From Promethearchaeota archaeon (lineage in GTDB: Archaea; Asgardarchaeota; Lokiarchaeia; Sigyniarchaeales; SOKP01): DNA of 16,636 nt. Location of the stretch: NCBI GenBank assembly GCA_048940925.1, contig JBHLOC010000066.1, forward strand, positions 1 through 16,636, given 5' to 3'. Numbering within the stretch: the first letter of the stretch is position 1; each line of letters begins with the position of its first letter. Below are positions 1 to 9,115 of the stretch, one piece after another. The notes below the pieces were generated by a model. The model saw only the letters and a list, made by a program, of their open reading frames with translations. It did not search any database and was not told the origin of the DNA. Both the position numbers and the translations under genes were made by a program.

Positions 1-559
1 ATTTTGAATAAATATTCTTTTCTAAATAATAACTAGAAAATAACTTATTTAAATATTATGAATAAATATTCAAAACCGCAAGAATAACCAATGAATCGTT
101 TCTATTAAAAATGATTCTTTATAGATTCAATTCAGGAAATTTTATCACTCGCAACATTTAAAAAGGAAAGTCTCCTTATAGAGATTATGGACAAAACTTC
201 TCAATAAAGAGAGTTTATTATTCACAGTCATATTAAATCTAATTGCCAAAAACAATATTAATACTAAAATCCAGCTGAATCAGAATCTCTGCTCACTAAC
301 GCTTAATAATAATAGCGAAATCTTAAAAGATTTATTAGCAAAATAAGGTAAATATTTGCTATCGTTAGAAAGGTATGAAATTAGAAAAAATTGCGATGCT
401 CCAGATTGACATTAAAGGGAAAAAAATATTTAAAAAACTTAGGAATAAAAAATATTTTATTAATCGAATTACGATGGTTAGAAAATAAGATAATCTGGTA
501 TATTGGACTAAGGATGAGTTAAGTAAAAGAAATAAATCAAAGAGAGGAATAAACTAAAA

Positions 560-1333
560 ATGCTATATTCACCAACTCTGCGAAAGTATCGTTTTAATAA
601 CACACATATAAGAAGAAATAATCTTCTTGACTTAAAAGCTCAAATGGGATGGGAAGGGTCAGGTACATTTGAAGATCCGATTATTATTAATAATATAAAG
701 GGGCTCCAACCCAATTTAATAATTCATAAGAGTAATTTTCATCTAATATTAAGGAATATTAAAGTAATTAAGATTTCTTGCAGGGATGTCGATAATGTCA
801 TTATAGAAAATTGTAAAATTTATATGCTTGACTTACAGGGATGCGATAACCTTTTAGTAAGGAATAATGAGATAATGTTTATAAATTTATTATTTACTCG
901 AGAATGTTATTTTGAAAGTAATAAAATTCAACCAGAAAGTCTCTATCGTCTCGAAGGTACATATTTTGATAAAATTTCGCGAACTCAATACTCTGCGTTC
1001 CTTTATGTTTCGATGGGTTTAATAACATCGACTCTCATTAGTTTTATTTATCTTCATTGGTGGTTTGCTCCATTATTTCTTAGTCCGATGGTCTCATTTG
1101 TCTATCTTTATTATGTAAATAAAAGGAGAGAGTTTCGGATGAGAAAAATGAAGTCTAATATATGTACAAATAATGATTCACTTACCACTTATAATGAACT
1201 GACAATTGAACTAATCCGAGAATGTCAAGATATAAAACCAGATCGTCGAATGGTTTATCTTCTTTTTATAATAGGAGGGGCAATTGGAGGGATTATCGGC
1301 TACTATTCGGGTTCTATGATAGCACACATTTAG
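560..1333 (+). CDS. Membrane protein with N-terminal right-handed parallel beta-helix (pectin lyase/NosD-like) region and about 3 TM segments
   Basis: 257-aa ORF with ATG start preceded by AGAGAGGA. GWEGSGTFEDPIII is the GxGTxxDPxII cap of beta-helix proteins. It is followed by I/L-x-x-N/C repeats (NVIIENCKI, NLLVRNNEI, FESNKI) and hydrophobic stretches at about aa 146-185 and 231-252. Confidence 0.65.
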   Translation: MLYSPTLRKYRFNNTHIRRNNLLDLKAQMGWEGSGTFEDPIIINNIKGLQPNLIIHKSNFHLILRNIKVIKISCRDVDNVIIENCKIYMLDLQGCDNLLVRNNEIMFINLLFTRECYFESNKIQPESLYRLEGTYFDKISRTQYSAFLYVSMGLITSTLISFIYLHWWFAPLFLSPMVSFVYLYYVNKRREFRMRKMKSNICTNNDSLTTYNELTIELIRECQDIKPDRRMVYLLFIIGGAIGGIIGYYSGSMIAHI

Positions 1334-1586
1334 GATTAATATTGAAAGAATATTAGGCGTCTTTAGAGTTAGAACTTGTAGAGAAGTACGAAAGTTTTTG
1401 AATGGGTTCACTAAAAAGATTGTATTAACAGATATAAAAAAGGGAATGTTATTAAAAGAGCTTATCCAAAAATACAGCGCTTCCAATCGAGCCATAAATA
1501 GAAAACTTAGACACTGGGTAGGAGCTTATGGAGTATGTAATTATAGGGATGCAAAACGCCACTTACAAACGATACAATTTTTTTAA
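1323..1586 (+). pseudogene. Probable remnant or small gene of a repeated HTH-like protein
   Basis: The frame of the 1398..1586 ORF is open back to 1323 (TAG at 1320-1322). It contains an internal repeat, ERILGVFRVRTCREVRKFL versus RHWVGAYGVCNYRDAKRHL, and an HTH-like segment, LKELIQKYSASNRAINRKL. There is no ATG start before the first repeat. Confidence 0.35.
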
Positions 1587-1961
1587 ATGAAGTAAAGGTA
1601 AAAAAAATATATGGGATTAAGTGAAAACATTCTTCTTGGTGTCACTTAATTTTATTTCTTATAAAATTTTCCCAATTACTTATGAATTTCATAATATTTT
1701 TTGGGATTTCTATTTAGTGCGGGAAATCATAATAAAAAGACTTTATTAGAATATTCTTCGGACTCTTCTTAAGAATCGTCATAATTTTTTCAATAAATTT
1801 TACTTCAAAATTATTTATATTATTGCTAAAGAACATATATTTGTTGAGGGATTTCCTTCTATATAAATTACGTTAAACTTAAATACAAGATTTCTTTAAT
1901 TCTAAATTAACACGAAATCTTAACAAAAACGTCAATAAATTAATAATTAAATAAACAGAGG

Positions 1962-3764
1962 GTGATCTCTATACCGCAAAATAAAGACCAACCTTTAATG
2001 AAATTTGAGGGAGATGTTTCAGCCCCAATTCTTAGATATGATATCCCTTCTCCTTCTACTTATGAGGGGAGGCATTATATTGAATTAGATATTGGGGAAG
2101 ATTTTTTTAGGGGAGAAAAAGATAAGGGGACAATAGCCTATGCAAAGCCTTCTTTAGGTGATTGGTTTGAAGCTAACCGAGATACAATTGATAATTTTCT
2201 CTCTGATAAGACACCAGAAGAATTAGAAAAAGAACTTTGCAGTTTTGGTGTTGATAAGATTGATAATCCCCCTCTTGACAAAAAATATGCAACTATGGCT
2301 GAATTTTCAACAGCAGAATTAGCAACTAAAGACGTTATAAAAGCACCCCAAATCGCAGTTATGAATCCTTTTTGGGGTGTTCTACTGACAGATGAGGCAA
2401 AAAAAGATACAACCGAAACTAAATATGAAGTGTTCAAATACCTTGTTAAAATCGCCTATGATAATTATGACAAATTTCCAAGTTTTTATCGAACCATGGG
2501 CGGAACACTTAAATTGCAATTTATTTCGGCGAAAGAAGTTCGACCAAGATTGTTATTTATCGAAACCTATAAATTAACATCCTTTCCTGGAGATTACGGA
2601 GCTGGTTTAACACTTAAAACATTTTCACTACTCCCCGGTGAAGAAACTGAAATTAGTATAAAAACATGGAAAAAAACAACCGAAAGCATTCAAAAGGCAT
2701 CATCAATTTTGGATTCATACACTGAAGAAACCGCCGATGAATTTGAAAGCGGTGTTCAATCAGAGAATTCTCAATCTTCTCAAGTTCAGGAATCCGAATC
2801 GTATCATGCAGAGGCTGAAGCAAAGGCTTCCTGGGGATGGGGAAGTGCAAAAGTTAGTGGTGGATATGCTGGGGGTTCAAATTCATCAAGAGAACAATTT
2901 AGTAAAAATGTATTGAATGCAACCGAAAACCATGCCCAATCGTCTAGTGCAAATCGTGAAGTCAATGTAGATACAAGTTATACAAAAACGGAGGAAGTTG
3001 AAGAAGAAGAACTTATTATGAGAAGAATTAAAAATTTAAATGCTAGTAGGGCATTAAATTTTGTATTTCGGCAAATGAATCAAGAATTTCATACGCTACT
3101 CCATTTGATCGATGTTCGAGTTGCTTTCTTTAATGGTTATCCTGGGAGCATGAAAGAATATGCATTATATGAAATCGAAGACTTAGTCAATGCATATATG
3201 AAAGTAAAAGCACCACCACAAAATCAAGAGTTAACTAAAAAATTTCTTGGTGATATCATAAAAAATAATTATGGAAGCAAACAAGTATTTGATTATCAAG
3301 GAATTTCTCAATCACTTGTTGAAGAGGTATCTTGTAGTAGTGATGGGAATTCGTTAAAATTTTTAAGAATTATTCCCCCTAGAAAGGATCCGAATAATCC
3401 AAATAAATATCTTGGACGCCAGGAATATGTAATGAGAGAGGAAAAGAAAGATAATCAAGGGAATATAGTTGAACCAAAAGATGTAAGATATGTGGATGGA
3501 GTAATAGTTAATGCTAAAAAATTTTCAATGAGAACTGATAGTGTAATTGTAGAATCCATGCTCGGGAAAGCCCCTGCTCTTGATGAATATGCGCTCAACA
3601 CACAAATAGAAGTACTAAGGAATAAGCAGCTTGAGAATGATAAAATACAAAAAGGATTAGATTTAATAGAAAAACTAATTGGTGGTGGAAAAATAAACGA
3701 AGCCATTGATGCTTACCAAAAATTATTTGTCATTCAGCCCAAATTAGAGAAAAATAACACATGA
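1962..3764 (+). CDS. Uncharacterised protein with a beta-pore-forming-toxin-like core
   Basis: 600-aa ORF; the GTG start is uncertain and the next ATG is at 1998. Core ETYKLTSFPGDYGAGLTLKTFSLLPGEETEISIKTW is followed by a Ser/Thr/Glu-rich region containing the alternating hairpin SYHAEAEAKASWGWGSAKVSGGYAGGSNSS, then RRIKNLNASRALNFVFRQ. No signal peptide seen. Confidence 0.5.
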   Translation: MISIPQNKDQPLMKFEGDVSAPILRYDIPSPSTYEGRHYIELDIGEDFFRGEKDKGTIAYAKPSLGDWFEANRDTIDNFLSDKTPEELEKELCSFGVDKIDNPPLDKKYATMAEFSTAELATKDVIKAPQIAVMNPFWGVLLTDEAKKDTTETKYEVFKYLVKIAYDNYDKFPSFYRTMGGTLKLQFISAKEVRPRLLFIETYKLTSFPGDYGAGLTLKTFSLLPGEETEISIKTWKKTTESIQKASSILDSYTEETADEFESGVQSENSQSSQVQESESYHAEAEAKASWGWGSAKVSGGYAGGSNSSREQFSKNVLNATENHAQSSSANREVNVDTSYTKTEEVEEEELIMRRIKNLNASRALNFVFRQMNQEFHTLLHLIDVRVAFFNGYPGSMKEYALYEIEDLVNAYMKVKAPPQNQELTKKFLGDIIKNNYGSKQVFDYQGISQSLVEEVSCSSDGNSLKFLRIIPPRKDPNNPNKYLGRQEYVMREEKKDNQGNIVEPKDVRYVDGVIVNAKKFSMRTDSVIVESMLGKAPALDEYALNTQIEVLRNKQLENDKIQKGLDLIEKLIGGGKINEAIDAYQKLFVIQPKLEKNNT

Positions 3765-3775
3765 GGTTGTAGTTT

Positions 3776-4726
3776 TTGGTAAATATATTTAGCTCAGGTG
3801 AAGAGGCAATAAAATCAGGCGAAGAAGCAGTGGAGATGGGTGAAAAAGCGGCTGAAATTAGTGAGAAAGCTGTAAAACTTCCAAATGAGGTTGAAAACAC
3901 AGAAAAGATTACTGGTAATGAAGAAAAGCAATTGAGAGAATCTTATGAAGATGTTAAAATGCAAATGGCATTTATGACATGGATCACAGAGGAGGAAATC
4001 TTAGAAGCACTAATTGCGAATGGGGATTCTATAAAGAAGGATAATGAATCAGTTTCACAACATTTTAAAGGTATTCATTATCCTCAGCATATAGAAAATT
4101 ATAAAGGAGGATGCTTTAGCTATATCTTGCAAAAAATATCAGATTCATTATACGGTTTAAGAATTGAAGTAAAGCTTGAATTAATTAGTAATGAAGGAGC
4201 GAATGTAGATTCAGTAATAAACCATGCCCAAGAAGCAATTACTGCGTACTGGCGACACTATAAATTAGAATCAAACGATATTTCTATACAAATATTCCCT
4301 ACTGTCTATATGGATAATGAAAACCCAGATATTACTGTTAATGTATACCCTGATTCTTATCAAGAATTAATCATGGAAGAAGTATGTAATTATGAGATTG
4401 ATGTGCGTGAGAGTTTTTCTTTTTTGCCTATAATCGAAGAAGCGGATGAAAATTACGATTTAAAGGGCAGATGGCCTCATGAATATGGACATATAATTGG
4501 CTTACCGCATGATATGAACTTTAATTCTGTAATGCGTAGTCCATCAGTATCTGAAACAAAAGATTTAGCTAAGGGATATAAAACATATCAAGATATTTAT
4601 TGGAAATATGGCTTTCCAGAAGCAAAACCAATTCCCGATCATTTTAAACCAATTAAAGTTTGGGTCGAGTATATATTTAAAGAAGAATTTGACCAACCAG
4701 TAACTTTTAGCATTTCACCTTTATAA
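3776..4726 (+). CDS. Zinc metallopeptidase, metzincin clan (matrixin/M10-like)
   Basis: HEYGHIIGLPH matches HExxHxxGxxH at 4478-4510, followed by the Met-turn NSVMR. TTG start 11 bp after the upstream stop suggests an operon. Confidence 0.8.
   Translation: MVNIFSSGEEAIKSGEEAVEMGEKAAEISEKAVKLPNEVENTEKITGNEEKQLRESYEDVKMQMAFMTWITEEEILEALIANGDSIKKDNESVSQHFKGIHYPQHIENYKGGCFSYILQKISDSLYGLRIEVKLELISNEGANVDSVINHAQEAITAYWRHYKLESNDISIQIFPTVYMDNENPDITVNVYPDSYQELIMEEVCNYEIDVRESFSFLPIIEEADENYDLKGRWPHEYGHIIGLPHDMNFNSVMRSPSVSETKDLAKGYKTYQDIYWKYGFPEAKPIPDHFKPIKVWVEYIFKEEFDQPVTFSISPL
3794..3877 (+). repeat. Four degenerate 21-bp (7-aa) tandem repeats at the protease N-terminus
   Basis: SGEEAIK / SGEEAVE / MGEKAAE / ISEKAVK; the first two DNA units are tcaggtgaagaggcaataaaa and tcaggcgaagaagcagtggag. 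Confidence 0.75.
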
Positions 4727-5042
4727 TAATTTAAGAGGGCTTTATCTGATAACAATGAAAAATTTAATAGTTATGAATAATACTCACTACGATTAAATAG
4801 TTTAAATAGATTGATCCTAAGTTAAGAGATACAATAGCTTTGCGTAGATTAAGCAAGAAATATCACCAGAGTACACAGAATAAAATGTTTAATTAAGAGA
4901 ATTACAAGTAAATAGATAATCATATTTTTAAAGGAGCTAATAAGATTCAATTAGAAAAAACTATAAATGGAAAAAAAAGAATCAATAAAAATGGCTATAG
5001 GATTATTATTTGAGAAGAATATAATGTGATTAAAAGATTTTT

Positions 5043-5144
5043 CATAGCAATCCTAAAGTCAAAATCTTTTCTCTATTTAATAAGGTTTAATCCATGATTT
5101 AATAATTCCAGCACTCTATTTGACCAGTGGCTTTCAATTGTCAT
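5043..5144 (-). pseudogene. Short decayed gene fragment, possibly the N-terminus of a HEPN-like helical protein
   Basis: Translates as MTIESHWSNRVLELLNHGLNLIK*RKDFDFRIAM with an in-frame TAG at 5073-5075. It resembles a W-x-x-x-x-x-ELL-x-H-G/A...DFD-x-RIAM N-terminus that I recall from uncharacterised HEPN-like proteins. The match is from memory only. Confidence 0.3.
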
Positions 5145-5459
5145 TGTACTACCCCAAAAAAACAATTTAGGATAAATGATGCATTATTTAATGTCTCCTA
5201 ATAATTTTTTACTATAAAGCAAATATATATTTATTCATTTACAAAATAAATGAAAATTATTGTAAAATATTAACCAAAACAGCTAGTATCTTCTTATTTT
5301 AAAATTATTAATAGTTTTCATAATAATTATCAGAATTGTTCCGTAAATTAAGGGGATTTAAATGGATTAATAACAAGCAACAATATACCAATATTCTATG
5401 TGTTTATAGCTAAGAGACTTGTCATTTAATGAGAATAAAATTTCAAAAGTCAATTTTCT

Positions 5460-6086
5460 CTATGGTCCAATTTTCAATAAAGGTTTTAATTTAGACTGAA
5501 ATTCTTTTATATCGCTCTCAAGTTTCTCCTCAGGTATATCTTCTTTTGGAATATTTAAATTTTGAAATATTCTTATATCTACTTGTAATCTTTTTAATTC
5601 AGCTCTTCTTTCATAGAATTCTTCAATTTTATTATTCATAGAATCAATTAGTTCCTCTTTTCCGCTAACTTCTTGTTGGATTTCCGTGATTTTAGTTTTA
5701 ATAGGTTCAATTTTTTCTTTTGATCTGTGAACCAATAGAGTTTGAATAGCAGTTAATGTTGAAATTAAAACGGAAAAGATTCCAACAACTATAAGAAATA
5801 TTGGTAATTTTCCAACAATTTCAGATGTTGCTATTTGTATTGCTCCTGGAATTCCTAGTAATATAATTACTATTTTTAGATATAAATATTCATTAAGATT
5901 TGTTAATTCATTTTCCTTTGTTTCTTTTTCCTTTATTAACTCTTGTTTATAATTTTTTTCTTGAGCAAGTTCTTTTTTTATCTCTTCAACAGATTTGCTT
6001 ATATCAATTAAGTCTTTTTCGCTCGCGATAATAAGTTCTTTGCATGTATTACTATACTTCTCTCTACTTTTTAACAAATTATCCAT
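5460..6086 (-). CDS. Two-TM coiled-coil protein, candidate SLATT-like/2TM effector
   Basis: 208 aa. A heptad-rich charged N-terminus is followed by the hydrophobic hairpin LKIVIILLGIPGAIQIA...LPIFLIVVGIFSVLISTLTAIQTLLV (about 5731-5880) and a second coiled coil. It lies 259 bp downstream of the nucleotidyltransferase on the same strand. Confidence 0.6.
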   Translation of the reverse strand: MDNLLKSREKYSNTCKELIIASEKDLIDISKSVEEIKKELAQEKNYKQELIKEKETKENELTNLNEYLYLKIVIILLGIPGAIQIATSEIVGKLPIFLIVVGIFSVLISTLTAIQTLLVHRSKEKIEPIKTKITEIQQEVSGKEELIDSMNNKIEEFYERRAELKRLQVDIRIFQNLNIPKEDIPEEKLESDIKEFQSKLKPLLKIGP

Positions 6087-6232
6087 TCCATTATGACTCT
6101 ATATTGATTTGATTAATAATATACTTAAATTCCCTAATTTAAAAACCTTTACAATAGTGTAAAAAAACACTAATATTCAGACTTATATTTGAATATAATA
6201 CGTAATTTTCCCTTTTTATTTCACGTTTATTA

Positions 6233-6259
6233 ATTAAGTGTGTAAATTTCACACTTAAT
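6233..6259. promoter_or_regulatory. Perfect 10-bp inverted repeat (operator or hairpin) between the nucleotidyltransferase and 2TM genes
   Basis: ATTAAGTGTG-taaattt-CACACTTAAT. Confidence 0.45.
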
Positions 6260-6345
6260 CAAGATATATGTCAGAAAACCTATTAAATAAAGCTATAATA
6301 TTAAAGATTCCAACAGATAATTAATTAAAAATTTCCAAATATTTT

Positions 6346-7230
6346 CTACCAGTTGTCATCATTGACATAATTATTAGCCTTAATTATAGCATCATAAAAT
6401 TCTTGTATTTCTTCATAAGTATAATCCTCTAAGATTGATTTTCTGGGATCAAAATAGTCTGGAATATGGATTCCTTCTCTAAGTATATGGACTGAATTAC
6501 TGAAAAAAGTTTTTACAGCATTAGCCCAAGTATTAATATTCCTTGTAGTGAATATATTTTCTACAAATCTTTCAATTACATATGGCTTTAATGGCTTGTT
6601 GTGATATATATTCCAATATTTTAAAAGCAAGATAAGTTTTGTTGCATTACCATGATGCATATCATTTAACTCTTTTAATAATTCAATTTCCATATTAGGA
6701 TTAACAAGTTTAATCGAATCCATTCCATTTGGAGTCATTAAATTATCATTATTAAGTAGTGCCGGAATACAATCTAACAGAATAAATTGCTTCTTGAAAT
6801 CGATACGAATTGGGATCGCATGTGTATAGGGAAATTCTTTCAATATTTTCAAATCTACTTTATAATCAGCTCTAAACATTTCTAGATGATTTCTGACTAA
6901 TTCAAATAAATTACTGCCTGTTATTCTATTTGGTATCATAGGGTACCAAGGTGAGTCTTTTTCACGGTAAACTAGATATGTGTCTACATCATAACGTTGT
7001 TTAATACAAGTATGTCTATCGAATGATCCCCCATAATTAAATTGCAGAAATTCATAATCTAAAACGGGATAAAAAGAATTGAAATATTGCTCTACTGTAA
7101 ATTTTGAAATCGCTTTAATGTGGCGAGTTAGATACTTCACTTGCCCTTTTATGTACTGTTCTTTTCCTTGCTTAATTGAAATTCTATTAATTGACTTTTC
7201 CAATCTTTTATTAATATTATTAGAGGGCAA
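6346..7230 (-). CDS. Pol-beta superfamily nucleotidyltransferase, SMODS / cGAS-DncV-like (CD-NTase)/OAS type
   Basis: 294 aa with TTG start. Contains hG[G/S] plus DxD (YGGSFDRHTCIKQRYDVDTYLV), a third acidic residue in LDCIPA, a conserved NP (LVNP), and the helical lobe LILLLKYWN...LKPYVIE. It is too short for an archaeal class I CCA-adding enzyme. Confidence 0.8.
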   Translation of the reverse strand: MPSNNINKRLEKSINRISIKQGKEQYIKGQVKYLTRHIKAISKFTVEQYFNSFYPVLDYEFLQFNYGGSFDRHTCIKQRYDVDTYLVYREKDSPWYPMIPNRITGSNLFELVRNHLEMFRADYKVDLKILKEFPYTHAIPIRIDFKKQFILLDCIPALLNNDNLMTPNGMDSIKLVNPNMEIELLKELNDMHHGNATKLILLLKYWNIYHNKPLKPYVIERFVENIFTTRNINTWANAVKTFFSNSVHILREGIHIPDYFDPRKSILEDYTYEEIQEFYDAIIKANNYVNDDNW

Positions 7231-7591
7231 ATCAGTATATTATGATCCTTCGCATATTTAAATTTTATTGAAAATTATATCTTTTTGTTAATTTGTATTT
7301 TAATTAGCGGGACAAAAGCTCAATTTTTATTGCATTCATTAAATAAAGAAGCGGTGATGACAGAGAAAGATAATTTGATTTACTATTTTGGTCAATAATT
7401 TGAAACAGATATTTTAATACTAGATTCAAGTATTTTAAATAAAATTGTAGTTTTTTTTAATAGATAAATTAAATATTACAATTTAATTTGATTTAAAGTG
7501 AAAGATAAAAATACCAATTAAATGAAATTTAACATTCGATAACTAGAACCCTATTAAGAAATATGATAACCATTAAATTACTTATTAATAA

Positions 7592-9115
7592 TTGAGTTGT
7601 TATTTTATAGAATATGTATTATATAAAGGGAAAAAGCATTTTGTATACAACTACACTTTAGACTTACGCGGGTTAAATTTAAATGAAATTAACCAAGTCT
7701 CAAATTTTGAGGATATTAAAACAATATTATCATTAAACCTTCAAGATAATGATATTACAAATATAGAAGGTTTAGAAAAATTATCTTCCTTGCATAAACT
7801 TAATTTGCAAGGAAATCATATAGTAGAAATAACTGGATTGGAAGCCCTTGAAAATCTTGAAGAATTAAAACTCTCGAACAATAAGATAAAAGAGATAAAA
7901 GGATTATCAAAATTAAAGAATTTAAAAATCTTAGAATTTCATCAAAATGAAATTAAAACTATTAGTGGATTAGAAAGTCTAACTAGTTTAGAAAGTTTGA
8001 ATTTAGGTAACAATAGAATAAGTAAGATATCTGGCTTAGATTCTTTAAAGAATTTACGCGATTTGTATTTATATAGTAATGAGGTCGAAATAATAGAGAA
8101 TATTGACAATCTCTTTAATCTTCAAGTCATAGATCTTAGTTCAAATCCAATTGGTAAAATACAAGGATTTGAAACTCATGATAATTTAATTCAAGTAAGA
8201 TTAAATGAAACAAGAATTCAAAAAGTATTATTTGAAAAATTAGGTAGTCGTACGGGTATATTTAGTCATAGAGATGAATTGAAAAATTTAGTAACATATT
8301 GCCAAGGGAAATATGTTGAATATCAAGGGAAATTCTATTATTTAATTGGAAATATGCTAAATCTAAATAATTTAGAAATTGAGAACATCAATGATATTAA
8401 GCGTCTAAATAAATTATATTATTTAGAATATTTAGATTTAAGAGGAAATAAAATAAAAGAGATTAAAGGTCTTGACACCCTTATCAGTTTAAAGAATTTG
8501 TATCTAAGTAATAATCAAATAAAGGAAATTAACAATCTAAGGGCCCTCACTAACTTAGAATTACTGGCACTTAATGTTAATCAAATTGTAGAAATAACCA
8601 ATCTTGATAAATTGATAAATCTTAAACATCTCAACCTCAGTAATAATAAACTCAGTAAAATTAAAGGTTTTGAAAATTTGACACATTTAAAAGAATTAGA
8701 TTTATCTAATAATAAAATAACATCAATAAAAGAGCTTCAACTATTAATTAATTTAGAACAATTATATCTAGCAAATAATCAAATTGGTGTACTTCACGGA
8801 TTGAGCAACCTTATAAAGTTAAAGGTTATCAATTTAGAAAATAATAGAATAATTTCACTTGAAGGTATTGAAAAATTAAAAAATTTAGAAATGTTAAATT
8901 TAAATAATAATAAAGTATCAAAAATCGAGAGTATTAACCTTCATGCCAATTTAAAAGAGTTATATCTAGCAAATAATGAAATCGGTACTATTGAAGGATT
9001 GGAAAGACTACTTGAATTGAAGAAGATTAGCCTTGATAATAATAATATTGATAGGAATTTATTTGATTTACTTAGGTGCTCAGATAATAATCCTAGACTT
9101 TTTGTAAGCTTCTGA
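7592..9115 (+). CDS. Leucine-rich repeat protein (22-aa Sds22/internalin-like repeats); N-terminal part of a longer interrupted frame
   Basis: Many LxxLxLxxNxIxxIxGLxxL repeats arranged as two capped modules, starting EYVLYKGKKHFV..LDLRGL and KYVEYQGKFYYL..LNLNNL. Confidence 0.9.
   Translation: MSCYFIEYVLYKGKKHFVYNYTLDLRGLNLNEINQVSNFEDIKTILSLNLQDNDITNIEGLEKLSSLHKLNLQGNHIVEITGLEALENLEELKLSNNKIKEIKGLSKLKNLKILEFHQNEIKTISGLESLTSLESLNLGNNRISKISGLDSLKNLRDLYLYSNEVEIIENIDNLFNLQVIDLSSNPIGKIQGFETHDNLIQVRLNETRIQKVLFEKLGSRTGIFSHRDELKNLVTYCQGKYVEYQGKFYYLIGNMLNLNNLEIENINDIKRLNKLYYLEYLDLRGNKIKEIKGLDTLISLKNLYLSNNQIKEINNLRALTNLELLALNVNQIVEITNLDKLINLKHLNLSNNKLSKIKGFENLTHLKELDLSNNKITSIKELQLLINLEQLYLANNQIGVLHGLSNLIKLKVINLENNRIISLEGIEKLKNLEMLNLNNNKVSKIESINLHANLKELYLANNEIGTIEGLERLLELKKISLDNNNIDRNLFDLLRCSDNNPRLFVSF

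Noticed and set aside
1..559. Short ORF at about 375-488 and possible RNA genes or CRISPR repeats here or in other spacers
   Set aside because: The ORF is 37 aa with no motif. No regularly spaced direct repeats, tRNA-like or GC-rich structured segments were seen.
1211..1495. 94-aa minus-strand ORF
   Set aside because: Antisense to two plus-strand frames and has no motif; likely a shadow ORF.
2138..3706. ORFs 2138-2437, 2392-2577, 2653-2850 and 3455-3706
   Set aside because: All lie inside the 600-aa gene, on the opposite strand or in an alternate frame, with no recognisable features.
4813..4883. LRRLSKKYHQ resembling a DnaJ J-domain motif (RRLxKKYHPD)
   Set aside because: No HPD without assuming an indel, and no surrounding ORF; too short to support.
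6346..7230. CCA-adding enzyme interpretation
   Set aside because: It shares the GS/DxD motif, but the protein is only 294 aa, lacks the C-terminal body and tail domains, and sits in an accessory context.
7079..7261. 60-aa plus-strand ORF, and likewise the minus-strand ORF 8941-9123
   Set aside because: Antisense shadows of the nucleotidyltransferase and LRR genes.
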